A program made the translations under genes and the position numbers. Shown here one piece after another: positions 1 to 9,594 of a DNA stretch of 64,000 nt (positions are counted from its first letter, which is position 1; each line of letters starts with the position of its first letter). The notes beneath the pieces were generated by a model, which was not told the DNA's origin, ran no database searches, and worked only from the letters and a program-made list of their open reading frames with translations. The DNA is from Candidatus Pyrohabitans jungbluthii (lineage in GTDB: Archaea > Hydrothermarchaeota > Hydrothermarchaeia > Hydrothermarchaeales > BMS3B), in the NCBI GenBank assembly GCA_002010065.2, contig MTMD02000002.1:32001-96000 (forward strand). The letters are read 5' to 3'.

Positions 1-394
1 TTCCAAACAGTGGTATTACTCCTAACATAAGAGGAGCATAAGTAAAACCGGCAACTCTAAGGAATCCTATAAGACTTGCTCTTCCACCTACAAATTTTGC
101 AGGAATATGAGCAATGATGGTAAAAACTAACCAGCTTACTAACATAAAAGTCGGCATAAATATTATATCTATCCAACCAAATAATGGACCTGATAGATTT
201 TTAAATAATGTATATTTTTGAAATACTGATGCTACATAAATGTTCCCTAACGCGGGAAGAAATCCGCTTAGTAGTACAATAAGGATAGCATATTTCAACA
301 TTTCCTCATCATCTCTCACCTCTTTATATACCGATTGATCAAGTAGCAGTACGCGTTTCATCCTATTTAGCAAGGATGATTTTGTTAATGGCAT
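1..394 (-). CDS. Yip1-family membrane protein (runs off window start)
   Basis: Manual translation from ATG 394 (not in ORF track): MPLTKSSLLNRMKRVLLLDQSVYKEVRDDEEMLKYAILIV...AKFVGGRASLIGFLRVAGFTYAPLML; GGxxS...L...G(F/Y)xxxP pattern and hydrophobic helices typical of Yip1. Confidence 0.7.
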   Translation of the reverse strand, partial: MPLTKSSLLNRMKRVLLLDQSVYKEVRDDEEMLKYAILIVLLSGFLPALGNIYVASVFQKYTLFKNLSGPLFGWIDIIFMPTFMLVSWLVFTIIAHIPAKFVGGRASLIGFLRVAGFTYAPLMLGVIPLFG

Positions 395-451
395 TCCTCA
401 CTTCCCCTATGGGTACATCCTCTTTAAGTATGACAACAGATAAAATTATTC

Positions 452-751
452 TCATTTCTCCTTTTTGGTTGGTATATTGTAAGTTGGTGGCTCGCTTCTC
501 TCCACAAAAACCACAAACAGCACTGTTATAATTAGGCTTACAATTAAATACAGTAGAGTGGATAGCAGGATTACTACCCATTTCGGGATGCCGTACTCAA
601 AGTAAAGATTAGAGAGAGGCTTCAGCAGAAAATATGTCAGCACCAGCGATGAGAAAACAAGGATGACAAACCAGTGCTCTATAAAATCCCTCCAGCCGAG
701 CTTTTTTATCGCCTTTCTGACCTTCTCCAGCAATGCCATTCCCCCAATCAA
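452..751 (-). CDS. Small two-TM membrane protein, unknown function
   Basis: 99-aa ORF with two hydrophobic stretches, 4-nt overlap with upstream gene, AT-rich islet. Confidence 0.6.
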   Translation of the reverse strand: MIGGMALLEKVRKAIKKLGWRDFIEHWFVILVFSSLVLTYFLLKPLSNLYFEYGIPKWVVILLSTLLYLIVSLIITVLFVVFVERSEPPTYNIPTKKEK

Positions 752-1413
752 TAGCTCTGCAGCAGCTCAAAAAATTTCAGGTTGAAGTCTATTGCCTCTC
801 TCAGAAGCCTGCGTCTTTTTTCTTTCCTGTTGCCTACAGCCCAGTAAATTTGGGAAATCTCTCCTATTTCAAGCTTTAATTCTCTATCGTTAAGACGCCC
901 TTTCCAGAAGGCTTTAAAAATATCAGGTCTCTCAAATGTTTCAAGTAAAGAATTCACTTTATTTGAGAAAAATTGTATTAACTTAGGGACATCTTCAGTA
1001 TTGTCTAAAATCAATAACTTTTTCCCTAAAATACGCTTAACGTAGAATCCTTTTTTGATACTAAATCCCATTTTAAGGTCTCCAAAATTTCTTATTCTTG
1101 GATTGGCATCCTTTGCATCCCATATAAAGGTGAGAGTGTAGTAATTTTCTGTAGGGGTTGAGTAGGATAGAGTCTCTCCAATAAACTCGCAGTTATGCGG
1201 AAGCTTGGCTTTGAGCATCTGATGCTTGTTGGCATCGGTAGTCATCTTAGATGTATTTTTAGGGTGAATTCCAATCCAGATTATTTCTCCATTAAAATCC
1301 TCAACTACAACCCTTGCGAGGTCCTCAATTAAGTCCTTGAGAGTCTCTACTTTAAACATCTCCTTAATGGTTCTGAGGGTATCCAATTTGAATATGCCCC
1401 TAAGGGCTCCCAT
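748..1413 (-). CDS. Hypothetical soluble protein
   Basis: 221-aa ORF co-oriented in AT-rich cluster; no motif recognised. Confidence 0.6.
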   Translation of the reverse strand: MGALRGIFKLDTLRTIKEMFKVETLKDLIEDLARVVVEDFNGEIIWIGIHPKNTSKMTTDANKHQMLKAKLPHNCEFIGETLSYSTPTENYYTLTFIWDAKDANPRIRNFGDLKMGFSIKKGFYVKRILGKKLLILDNTEDVPKLIQFFSNKVNSLLETFERPDIFKAFWKGRLNDRELKLEIGEISQIYWAVGNRKEKRRRLLREAIDFNLKFFELLQSY

Positions 1414-1453
1414 AGTTTATTACCCCACTTAATTTTTGTAATTCCTGTAGATC

Positions 1454-1945
1454 CTATGATAAATAATCCTTCAATGTGCTTATCAAAATAATCGCTAAAA
1501 TTATACCCCATACTATTAGAGTGTCCTTCAATCCCCAGTGAACAATAGGTGCTGCGAAGAGAGATGTTACAATCAGCAGAATAGTAATTGCAATCCACGC
1601 CAGAAAGACCTTTTCGCCCAAGTCACTGAATTTGTTTACCTCGTATATTCCATTAAAATATTCATATAAAGACACTATCCAGAATAGAAAAGGTAACAGA
1701 AAAATCATATAAATAAACGCCCAAGGGACTGAACCTCTCTCAGGCTCCGGGTATGCTATTATATGCCAGATAAAACCCAAAGGGTCTTCCCATGGAAAGG
1801 GGGCTCCCTCCAATTTTACATTCATTAAAACTACAAAGGATAATATGAGCAATGATAAGATTGAGAGAATCATGTATTGAATTGTTTCTTTCAGCTTTTT
1901 ACGTTTGGATTTCTCATCCTTCACTATTCTTGCCCATCCTACCAC
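1454..1945 (-). CDS. Four-TM membrane protein, unknown function
   Basis: 163-aa ORF with four hydrophobic segments; N-half resembles 1978..2253. Confidence 0.65.
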   Translation of the reverse strand: MVGWARIVKDEKSKRKKLKETIQYMILSILSLLILSFVVLMNVKLEGAPFPWEDPLGFIWHIIAYPEPERGSVPWAFIYMIFLLPFLFWIVSLYEYFNGIYEVNKFSDLGEKVFLAWIAITILLIVTSLFAAPIVHWGLKDTLIVWGIILAIILISTLKDYLS

Positions 1946-1977
1946 AAGATTTTTTTAAGCCTTTTCTATTACTTTTT

Positions 1978-2253
1978 TTAACTCCTCCAAATTTGATAAT
2001 TTCCTTGTAAGTATTCTTTGAGTTCCCACAAAAACAGGAGAGTAGAAAAAATTCCCAAGATTACAATAATACCTGGTGCCATTCTGGCCCATCCATAACC
2101 GACGCCAGACAATAAATATTTTATCAACTCCCATTTGGTTTCAGCAGGAGCAGTTTTAATTATGTAGTAGGACCATAGGTCAAATATTATAGCTAAAACA
2201 AACATCTGTAATACCTGATTTCTCTTCTTCCTCTTTGCTTCTTTAATATCCAT
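1978..2253 (-). CDS. Small membrane protein, unknown function
   Basis: 91-aa ORF, basic N-terminus then hydrophobic helices. Confidence 0.6.
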   Translation of the reverse strand: MDIKEAKRKKRNQVLQMFVLAIIFDLWSYYIIKTAPAETKWELIKYLLSGVGYGWARMAPGIIVILGIFSTLLFLWELKEYLQGNYQIWRS

Positions 2254-2327
2254 ACTGAATTTTATTTAATCACTCATTTAAAATATTTTCTCATTCTCAT
2301 TAACTGACGCTGAATCACGCTATTAAG

Positions 2328-3407
2328 CTACATAAAGTCCTCCAGCGTAACCGCCTGCCTCTTTTTAAGCTTTGAAAGCCTTATACCCAGGAGACGTACC
2401 TTTCTCCCGCGAAGAAAGCTTGAGAGCAGGGCTTCAGCCACTTCCTTTATTGTATCCAGGTCGCCATGGTAGCTGCTCAGGGTTCTAGCATGAGTGTGTG
2501 TTTCAAAGTCGGCAAACCTCACTTTTAACGTCAGGGTTTTGAACAGGAAGCCTTCCTCCTCTAAATCGCGGTGCACGCCTTCAGCGATTTCCTCCAGCGC
2601 AGATTTTAGCGCTTCCTCCTCGCCTAAGTCATGCTCAAACGTCCTCTCCCTGCCTATGGACTTGACCTTTGAGCGTTCCCTTACCTCGCGGTCGTCTATG
2701 CCACGGGCAAGCATAATTAGGCGGTGAGCCCACCTGCCAAAAGCCGGGATTAGCCTCTGCACATCGCAGTTTGCAAGTTCCCCAATTGTGGTTATTCCCA
2801 GCTCCTTCAGCACCTCCTCGCTTCTTGGCCCAATACCTGGAATTTTTCGGACAGGTAGCGGAGAAAGGAACCTCTCAACCTCTTGCGGCTCAACCACAGT
2901 TAAGCCGTCTGGCTTGCGGTGGTCAGATGCGATTTTAGCAACGAGCTTGTTTGGGCCTATGCCTATGGAGCAGGTTAGCTTCTCCTTTTCGTAGATCTCG
3001 GCCTTTATGCGCTTCGCGAGCTTAGCAGCCTCTGCATAGCTTTTAGCGATGCCGGTAACGTCTAAGTAAGCTTCGTCCACGCTCACCTGCTGGAACTTGA
3101 CCGCGTAGCTCCGCAGTATCTGCATTATTCTCCTCGACACCCTCCAGTAGAGTTCGTGGCGCACCGGCAAAAACACGCAGTGGGGACAGAGCTTGTAAGC
3201 CTGGGATATAGGCATTGCGGAGCGAACGCCATACCTGCGAGCCTCGTAGCTGGCGGTGCTCACCACCCCTCTGCCCTTACCTCCCTTTGGGTCAGCGCCC
3301 ACAACGACGGGCTTGCCTCTAAGCTCGGGATTCTCCCTCTGCTCTATCGCAGAGAAGAAGCTGTCCATGTCAACGTGGAGTATTATTCTATTGCGGCGCG
3401 AACGCAT
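2328..3407 (-). CDS. dinB: DNA polymerase IV (Y-family, DinB/Dbh)
   Basis: HVDMDSFF, STASYEARRYGVRSAMP, SVDEAYLD, KIASDHRKPDG motifs. Confidence 0.97.
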   Translation of the reverse strand: MRSRRNRIILHVDMDSFFSAIEQRENPELRGKPVVVGADPKGGKGRGVVSTASYEARRYGVRSAMPISQAYKLCPHCVFLPVRHELYWRVSRRIMQILRSYAVKFQQVSVDEAYLDVTGIAKSYAEAAKLAKRIKAEIYEKEKLTCSIGIGPNKLVAKIASDHRKPDGLTVVEPQEVERFLSPLPVRKIPGIGPRSEEVLKELGITTIGELANCDVQRLIPAFGRWAHRLIMLARGIDDREVRERSKVKSIGRERTFEHDLGEEEALKSALEEIAEGVHRDLEEEGFLFKTLTLKVRFADFETHTHARTLSSYHGDLDTIKEVAEALLSSFLRGRKVRLLGIRLSKLKKRQAVTLEDFM

Positions 3408-3426
3408 ACCTTAGAGAGTGAGGTTC

Positions 3427-3861
3427 TCAATGGGACTCTTTTCCGAAGTCCCAGGTGGAGATGCTCTCTGGGGTTATCTCCAGGAGAACACCCCGGGGTG
3501 CGTTTGTGGTCTTCAGGTATCTTTTTGCCGGGTCACTCTCCGGGTCTCCCACATACCTTTTCAGGATCTTGGCACGCACATCGCCTATCCTCTCCGGGTC
3601 GTGGCTGAGTTCCGCCCTACCCCTCCCCACGGCGCCCTTATAGGGTTGCTGGCGCAGATCCACGCAAAAGGCAACTTCAGGATTCTCAGCGGCATTTTTT
3701 GCCTTAGCAGAGTTCTCTCGGGTTAGGATAAAAATCTTCCCTCCCTCGTAGAGATACCATACCGGCGACAGGTCGATGCCACCATTTTTATCTAGGGTAG
3801 CCAGGGTGAGAATGTGCCTGCCGTCCCTAAGAAAGTCCTCAAGCTCCTCCCGCTCTATCAT
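3427..3861 (-). CDS. Pyridoxamine 5'-phosphate oxidase-like (possibly F420-binding) protein
   Basis: LATLDKNG..LSPVWY, SAKAKNAAENPEVAFCVD, C-terminal WDF; ATG 3861 after GGGGAG preferred to track start 3933. Confidence 0.85.
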   Translation of the reverse strand: MIEREELEDFLRDGRHILTLATLDKNGGIDLSPVWYLYEGGKIFILTRENSAKAKNAAENPEVAFCVDLRQQPYKGAVGRGRAELSHDPERIGDVRAKILKRYVGDPESDPAKRYLKTTNAPRGVLLEITPESISTWDFGKESH

Positions 3862-3954
3862 AGCTCCCCCAGGAAAAGCCTGGAAAATTTCGAATGTAAT
3901 CCTTATCACCTCCCTAGCATAGTATTTTTCCAAAGAAGTTAATAACTCTTTGGA

Positions 3955-5085
3955 CTAAACCTCAACCAGGCGGTACTCTGCGCTGCCCAAGCCAAGGCGC
4001 TCCGCCTCTTCGAGTTGCACCCTGGTATCCAGGTCTTCAAACAGGGACTCAAACTTCTTAGCCTTAGCTGCTCTCGCCTCCTCGCTCAGGAGCGTATTGT
4101 CCAGACCATGCGAAGCCTCTATTAAATCAAGAGAAGCCCTGTCTATTGCTAAGATATCCCTGGAAGCGAGCACGCCTAAGTCAGCAACAATAGGATTATC
4201 GCTGAAAGCGCAGCAATCGCAGTGGGGGGTTATGTCCAGAAGGAAGTTGAAGAAGAGGAAGTTTTCCCTGCCCTTGGCTTCGAGCACTGCCTTGGCTGCG
4301 GCGACTATACGCTTGCTCAAGTTGGCGTTGCTCGTCCACTTGAGTATAATTGCATCCTCTTCGCAGTACTCCACGCACCCGTTGCATTTTATACACTTCG
4401 CAGCCTCTATGGCAGGCGGCGAAATTGCTCTGCCGGGGCAGCGCTTGGCGCAGGCGCCGCAGCGCGTGCACTTAGCGGCATCTATACTCGGCACCGCGTC
4501 GAGGTGGAGGTCATACTTCGTTGGCTTAGCCACGCACCCCACGCCTATGTTTTTAATCGCCCCTCCAAAGCTGGAGCTGAAGTGCCCTGTAAAGTGGGTA
4601 AGCGCAATCACCTTATCTGCCTCGAGAATCGCCTTCGCCACGTACACTTCCCTGAGCGCTGCATTCTCCAGCTTGTAGGCTATGCCGTCGAAGCCCAGCA
4701 AACCGTCGGCAATAACTATTGGCGCAGCGAGGGTTTCGAAGGTGTAGCCGTTCTCCCGGGCAATCTTAATCCTGCCATGGGCAGTGCTGCGGTCGTACCT
4801 CATGCCCAAGCCGGTGGTTTCGGTGACGAAAGGCTTGCCCCCGAGCTTCTTCACCAGCTGCACAACCTTTCTTACATACACGCTGCGCAGCGTGCGAGTG
4901 GTGCCATGGTCACCGAAGTGGGTTTTTACCGCCACCACGTCGCCCTTCTCGATAAAATTCTCCAGCCCAGCCTCAAAGGCGAGCTTCTCCAGCCTTGTGA
5001 CTAAGCTATAGCTCCTGTTCGCCCAGTGCTCAACACTCCTCACCGGTGCGCGGGAATCCAGGAAGTAAACCTCACTCATGCTCAT
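3955..5085 (-). CDS. DUF362-domain Fe-S protein with 2x[4Fe-4S] ferredoxin insert
   Basis: VAVKTHFG, FGGAIKNIGVGC, two CxxCxxCxxxC motifs, ITPHCDC. Confidence 0.9.
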   Translation of the reverse strand: MSMSEVYFLDSRAPVRSVEHWANRSYSLVTRLEKLAFEAGLENFIEKGDVVAVKTHFGDHGTTRTLRSVYVRKVVQLVKKLGGKPFVTETTGLGMRYDRSTAHGRIKIARENGYTFETLAAPIVIADGLLGFDGIAYKLENAALREVYVAKAILEADKVIALTHFTGHFSSSFGGAIKNIGVGCVAKPTKYDLHLDAVPSIDAAKCTRCGACAKRCPGRAISPPAIEAAKCIKCNGCVEYCEEDAIILKWTSNANLSKRIVAAAKAVLEAKGRENFLFFNFLLDITPHCDCCAFSDNPIVADLGVLASRDILAIDRASLDLIEASHGLDNTLLSEEARAAKAKKFESLFEDLDTRVQLEEAERLGLGSAEYRLVEV

Positions 5086-5798
5086 ATGTCTGCTATCCCC
5101 CGCTCTGTTATCACAAATCTCGCCTTCAAGCCCTCTGGTAGAGAGCGATGACGGCGCAGTATCGCCTCGCGAACATTGCCGTGACGCTTAATCTCAAGAA
5201 TCGCCTTGCTCCAGTACTTCAGCACATCTCCAGCAATTGGTTCAAAGCCTTCGCCGTTCATCGCTGAGTAAACTTGGTTGGTGATTATAACTGGAAGGTT
5301 GAACCTCCTCGCCAGTTCTAAGAGCTTTGCCATCTGCCTGCTCAGCGCACGGTTGAGCATGCTTGCGGTGTCGTCGTCGCGGTCAAGGCGGTATAGGGAA
5401 ACCGCAGAGTCGAGAACAACCAATCCAAAATCCTCGCTTAGCACGTGCTCTATATTCTCCACTATGAAGCACTGCTCCTCAAAGGTGCTCGCCTCATAGA
5501 AGTAAGCCCTCTCAAGCACGCGCTCATAATCCTCGCCGGCGATCTGCCGCACCCTCTCCAGCGAGTGTCCCCCTTCGGTGTCTATGAATATGGCGCGTTT
5601 TCCATGCCTCACAGCGCTCACAGTGTACAGAAGGCACAGGTTGGTCTTTCCCACGCCAGGTGGGCCATAAATCTGGGTTATGATTCTGCTTTCCACCCCT
5701 CCAGAGAGGATTTCATCTAATGCGGAGCCGATGGGAAGTTTCCATGTTTCTGCCCTCGCCCTATAGGCCTCTAGCCTAGCGTCACTGTTCTCAGACAT
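5082..5798 (-). CDS. radB: DNA repair and recombination protein RadB
   Basis: GPPGVGKT Walker A, FIDTEG, VVLDS, ITNQV, LRRHRSLPEG (KHR motif); TATA-like TTTATATC about 30 nt upstream of ATG 5798. Confidence 0.93.
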   Translation of the reverse strand: MSENSDARLEAYRARAETWKLPIGSALDEILSGGVESRIITQIYGPPGVGKTNLCLLYTVSAVRHGKRAIFIDTEGGHSLERVRQIAGEDYERVLERAYFYEASTFEEQCFIVENIEHVLSEDFGLVVLDSAVSLYRLDRDDDTASMLNRALSRQMAKLLELARRFNLPVIITNQVYSAMNGEGFEPIAGDVLKYWSKAILEIKRHGNVREAILRRHRSLPEGLKARFVITERGIADI

Positions 5799-5863
5799 CC
5801 GTATAAAGATGGTTGTGGAGAAGATATAAACCCTTTCCTCAATCACTTTTCCGGCGCTCTCGG

Positions 5864-5888
5864 ATAAGGGATATTTATGCACCCTTAT
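5864..5888. promoter_or_regulatory. Spaced palindrome ATAAGGG-N11-CCCTTAT, copy 1 (radB / Zn-ribbon divergent intergenic region)
   Basis: Read directly; identical arms and spacer length at 32584..32608. Confidence 0.5.
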
Positions 5889-5911
5889 AAGCTTAAAGTA
5901 GGTGGAAGAAT

Positions 5912-6142
5912 ATGAAAGCCGGAAAGTTCTGCTTCAACTGTGGGGGTGCTCTCGAGTACAGCGGAAGTAACTTGGAGTGCCCCTCCTGCAAGGCGGTTTA
6001 TCATAACCTGATTATCTCAGAATCGGAGTTTGCAGAAGGCGAGGCGAGGGTTGTGGAACTGAGCATCGCCGCGGATATAACCTTTAAACTACCAGCGCAT
6101 GTTACGCAGCACACTCTTGCAAGACCTCTAGCGCATGCGTAG
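5912..6142 (+). CDS. Small zinc-ribbon protein
   Basis: CFNCG...CPSCK motifs, 76 aa. Confidence 0.65.
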   Translation: MKAGKFCFNCGGALEYSGSNLECPSCKAVYHNLIISESEFAEGEARVVELSIAADITFKLPAHVTQHTLARPLAHA

Positions 6143-6331
6143 CTAGAAATCCTCGTACACCATTATTGCGCGCGGGGTACAGTTTTCAACTACAGCCTCG
6201 CAATCGCACTCATCGCAGGCGTCGGGATTAACCACGTTGGACTTGCCGTTTATAAGCTTAAATACCCCCGGGCAGAGCAACTCGCACTTCCCGCAGCCTA
6301 TGCACGCGCGCTGGTCCACGACGGGAATCAT
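6143..6331 (-). CDS. Ferredoxin
   Basis: CIGCGKCELLCP plus distal Cys in CTPRAI. Confidence 0.92.
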   Translation of the reverse strand: MIPVVDQRACIGCGKCELLCPGVFKLINGKSNVVNPDACDECDCEAVVENCTPRAIMVYEDF

Positions 6332-6395
6332 ACCTGATTGCGGGGGTTTTAACCTTGGAATAATATTTTAATAATTGCTATGCCGATAATCTCCC

Positions 6396-7586
6396 ATGCA
6401 TGTAGACGTTCTAGTAGTGGGCGGGGGACCCGCTGGCTTAATTGCAGCACGCGATGTGGCAAGGCATGGCCATGAGGTTCTCGTTATTGAGGAGCATCCC
6501 GAGATAGGCGAACCCGTGCAGTGCTCTGGCTTATTCAGCATCCGCGGGCTTAAGCGCCTCGAGGTAAACCTCCCAAAAAGGGCAATCGCGGGCGTTATTC
6601 GCGGAGGGCGCTTTTTCTCTCCGGGCGGAGAAAAATTTGAGGCATACTCAAAGCTCGACCGCGCGTATGTGGTTGAGCGCAGGCTGTTTGATAAGGAGTT
6701 AGCGAAAGAGGCAGCGATGGCGGGCGCAAGAATAACGCTGAAAACAAAGGCAATAGGGTTAAGAATAGCTGATAAAGCGAAAGTGGTACTGGAAAGTGGT
6801 GGAAAAAGAGAGGTGGTTGAAGCAGAGGTGGTTATCGCTGCCGATGGGGTGCGCTCCCGTGTGGCGTCATTGCTTGGACTCAAGACTCCAAGGAAAATAG
6901 TCGCCGCCGCCCAGGTCGAGGTGGAAAGCGCGCGCGTGGAGGATGATGTTGCCGAGCTTTACTTCGGCAGAGAGTGGGCTCCCAACTTCTACGCGTGGCT
7001 TTTACCCAAGGGTGAGGTTTACGAAGTGGGCGTAGGCGTGCGCCAGGGAAAGTATCCGCCCCGTGTTTACCTGGAGAGGTTTATGAGGGAGCACCCCATT
7101 GCAAAGCAGAAAATCACTGGCAGGAGCCAGGTTGAGTACAACATGGGCGGCTTTCCCGTAGCGTCGCCGCAGGATACTTTCGCCGAACGCGTGCTTCTCG
7201 TCGGCGATGCGGGAGGCTTTGTCAAGGCAAGCACCGGCGGAGGGGTTATCACGGGAGGAATCTCTGCAAGGCTTGCTGCGAAAGCAGCTTGCTTAGCAAT
7301 TGAGGAGAAAAACTTCTCTTCTCAGTTTTTCCGGGAGAATTATGAGAAGGCGTGGAAGGCAGAGCTTGGAAGGGAGCTTGAGGTGCACGAGCTGATAAGG
7401 AAGATATTCGACTCTCTGAGCGATGAAGAGCTGGACGCACTCTTTAAAATAGCCATTGAGGAGGATATCGCCTCGCTCATGGTCCAGTATCCCGACACCG
7501 ATCGCCCCTATGATTTCTTCATGCAGCTTCTGGAAAAGGAGCGCTTTGTCAGGGCAATAGAGAGGTTTATATCGCTTGAGCTTTAG
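6396..7586 (+). CDS. Digeranylgeranylglycerophospholipid reductase (GGR family)
   Basis: GGGPAG FAD motif, PVQCSG, YAWLLPKG, LLVGDAGG..STGGG. Confidence 0.9.
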   Translation: MHVDVLVVGGGPAGLIAARDVARHGHEVLVIEEHPEIGEPVQCSGLFSIRGLKRLEVNLPKRAIAGVIRGGRFFSPGGEKFEAYSKLDRAYVVERRLFDKELAKEAAMAGARITLKTKAIGLRIADKAKVVLESGGKREVVEAEVVIAADGVRSRVASLLGLKTPRKIVAAAQVEVESARVEDDVAELYFGREWAPNFYAWLLPKGEVYEVGVGVRQGKYPPRVYLERFMREHPIAKQKITGRSQVEYNMGGFPVASPQDTFAERVLLVGDAGGFVKASTGGGVITGGISARLAAKAACLAIEEKNFSSQFFRENYEKAWKAELGRELEVHELIRKIFDSLSDEELDALFKIAIEEDIASLMVQYPDTDRPYDFFMQLLEKERFVRAIERFISLEL

Positions 7587-8875
7587 TCTTCATTCAAAAC
7601 CTCAATAAGCTGTCCCTGGCGCAGGCGAAGCTCGGGAGATGGAAACTTTGCTTTACCGGCCTCAATAATCCTGACAACCTGAAAGGGAAGCTCGGCGATG
7701 CGCTTTCCTGCTAATGAGGCGTCAACATTTATGAACTCGCGCCTCTTCTCGCGCAGCACCCGTGAGGGTGGGGTTATTTTCAGTTTACCCTCTTCCTCAA
7801 GTTTAAGAAGTATATCCACAATTTTTTTGGCAGAGTCGCCCTTGCCGAAGGGATTCTCTGCTGCTTTCATGGCCTGGTAAACGCTCTGGTCGCCGAGAAC
7901 GCGCTTTACCGTGCGGACTATCCCAGCTTTCTCAACTCCAGCTAAGACGTTCCCTCCAGCTTCGACGGTTTCTGGCCTCTCCGTCGAGGTTCGCAGGGTT
8001 ATGCATGGCGTGTGGAGCACTATCGCCTCTTCCTGCACCCCACCTGAGTCTGTGAGCACCAGCTTTGCCCTGCTCAGCAGCATGAGGAAGTCCAGGTAGC
8101 CAACCGGCGGAAGGAGGCGAAGCTTCTTCTCCACCTTCTCCAGAAGCCCAAACTCCGCTAACCTTCGCCGTGTGCGCGGGTGCGCAGGGAACACTATCTC
8201 TTCCTCAAGCTCCAGGAGTGCTTCAATTATGCCGGTGAGTCTCTCTTTGCGGTCCACATTCTCAGCGCGGTGCAGTGTGAGTAGGAGAAAATCCTCCGGC
8301 AAAGCTTCAAGAATGCGGGAATTCTGCCTTGCTATCTCGAAATTCTGAAGCGTGGCGTCAACGATGGTGTTCCCAACGATGAATATTTTCTCAGGCAAAA
8401 TGCCCTCATTGATGAGGTTGAGCGCAGCCTTCTCGGTTGGTGCAAAAAGTACATCGCTGGCGTGGTCAGCCAGCACACGGTTTACCTCCTCCGGCATGGT
8501 GCGGTCGAAGCTTCTTAACCCTGCCTCAACGTGGGCAAACGCTACATGGAGCTTGGCACAAGCTAAAGCGGCGCTCAGCACCGAGTTGGTATCGCCCTCA
8601 GCGATAACTACGCTTGGCTTTTCTTTGAGGATTATCTCCTCCAGTGCCTCAAGTGCTCGCGCAGTCTGGTATGCGTGGCTTCCGGAGCCCACCTCCACAT
8701 TGTACTCTGGCCTGCGAAGCCCAAGCTCACGAATAAAATTCCAGAACAGCTCATCGTCGTAGTGCTGCCCGGTGGTGACGAAGGTATAGGCGATGTCGCG
8801 GGAATCCAACTCTCGCATTATGGGGGAGAGCTTTATCACCTCTGGGCGAGTGCTTGCCACGATAAGGGCGTGCAT
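7583..8875 (-). CDS. wecB: UDP-N-acetylglucosamine 2-epimerase (non-hydrolysing) with C-terminal extension
   Basis: TRPEVIK, TGQHYD, GDTNS, HVEAGLRS, TLHRAEN, TDSGGVQEEA, TERPE. Confidence 0.95.
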   Translation of the reverse strand: MHALIVASTRPEVIKLSPIMRELDSRDIAYTFVTTGQHYDDELFWNFIRELGLRRPEYNVEVGSGSHAYQTARALEALEEIILKEKPSVVIAEGDTNSVLSAALACAKLHVAFAHVEAGLRSFDRTMPEEVNRVLADHASDVLFAPTEKAALNLINEGILPEKIFIVGNTIVDATLQNFEIARQNSRILEALPEDFLLLTLHRAENVDRKERLTGIIEALLELEEEIVFPAHPRTRRRLAEFGLLEKVEKKLRLLPPVGYLDFLMLLSRAKLVLTDSGGVQEEAIVLHTPCITLRTSTERPETVEAGGNVLAGVEKAGIVRTVKRVLGDQSVYQAMKAAENPFGKGDSAKKIVDILLKLEEEGKLKITPPSRVLREKRREFINVDASLAGKRIAELPFQVVRIIEAGKAKFPSPELRLRQGQLIEVLNED

Positions 8876-9594
8876 TAGGCTATGTCCTCCCTGAGCTTGA
8901 CCACCTCGCCTATTACAGTAATCGCCGGAGGCTTGAGCTTCGCTTCCTGGGCACGCTCTATTATGTCGGCAAGCGTGCCAGTGATAACCCGCTGCTCCTC
9001 CAGCGTGCCCTTCTCGATTATTGCAACAGGCGTTGTTGGTGGGCGGGTTTTCCTGAACTCTTCTATTATCTTCGGCAGGTTCTTGACGCCCATGAGGATA
9101 ACCACAGTCTCAGCCTTAAGCGAGGCGTAGTCGAGACGTTCCTCCTTCTTCTCGGCAAGGTGGCCAGTGACCAGCGTTACGCTTGAGGCTATGCCGCGGT
9201 GAGTAACTGGTATACCGGCTAAGGCAGGCACCGCTATGGCGGAACTCACCCCGGGCACAACCTCTACGGCAATGCCGTGCTTGCGCAGAGCCAGAGCTTC
9301 TTCGCCCCCTCTGCCAAAGACAAAGGGGTCGCCTCCCTTGAGGCGAACCACGAGTTTGCCCTCCTCCGCCTTCTTTATGAGCAGCTGATTGATCTCCTCC
9401 TGGGTAAGGGTGTGCTTGCCCGCCTGCTTGCCAACGTATATCAGCTCCGCCCCGGGCTTTGCATAAGCTAGGAGCTTCCTGCTCACAAGGCGGTCGTAGA
9501 TTATAACGTCGGCGCTCTGGATGAGCTTCATACCCTTTACGGTTATCAGCTCCGGGTCCCCAGGACCCCCGCCCACGAGGTACACTTTTTTCAT
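8875..9594 (-). CDS. cobA: Uroporphyrinogen-III C-methyltransferase
   Basis: GPGDPELIT, RLKGGDPFVFGRGGEE, VPGVSS. Confidence 0.97.
   Translation of the reverse strand: MKKVYLVGGGPGDPELITVKGMKLIQSADVIIYDRLVSRKLLAYAKPGAELIYVGKQAGKHTLTQEEINQLLIKKAEEGKLVVRLKGGDPFVFGRGGEEALALRKHGIAVEVVPGVSSAIAVPALAGIPVTHRGIASSVTLVTGHLAEKKEERLDYASLKAETVVILMGVKNLPKIIEEFRKTRPPTTPVAIIEKGTLEEQRVITGTLADIIERAQEAKLKPPAITVIGEVVKLREDIA

Noticed and set aside
363-581. Track ORF of 72 aa (or 30-aa ORF from 455)
   Set aside because: Overlaps the start of the Yip1-like gene (ATG 394) and the 452..751 gene; no motif
5740-5760. Out-of-frame ATG before KLPIG suggesting a frameshifted radB start
   Set aside because: An in-frame ATG at 5798 with a well-placed TATA box explains the gene without a frameshift
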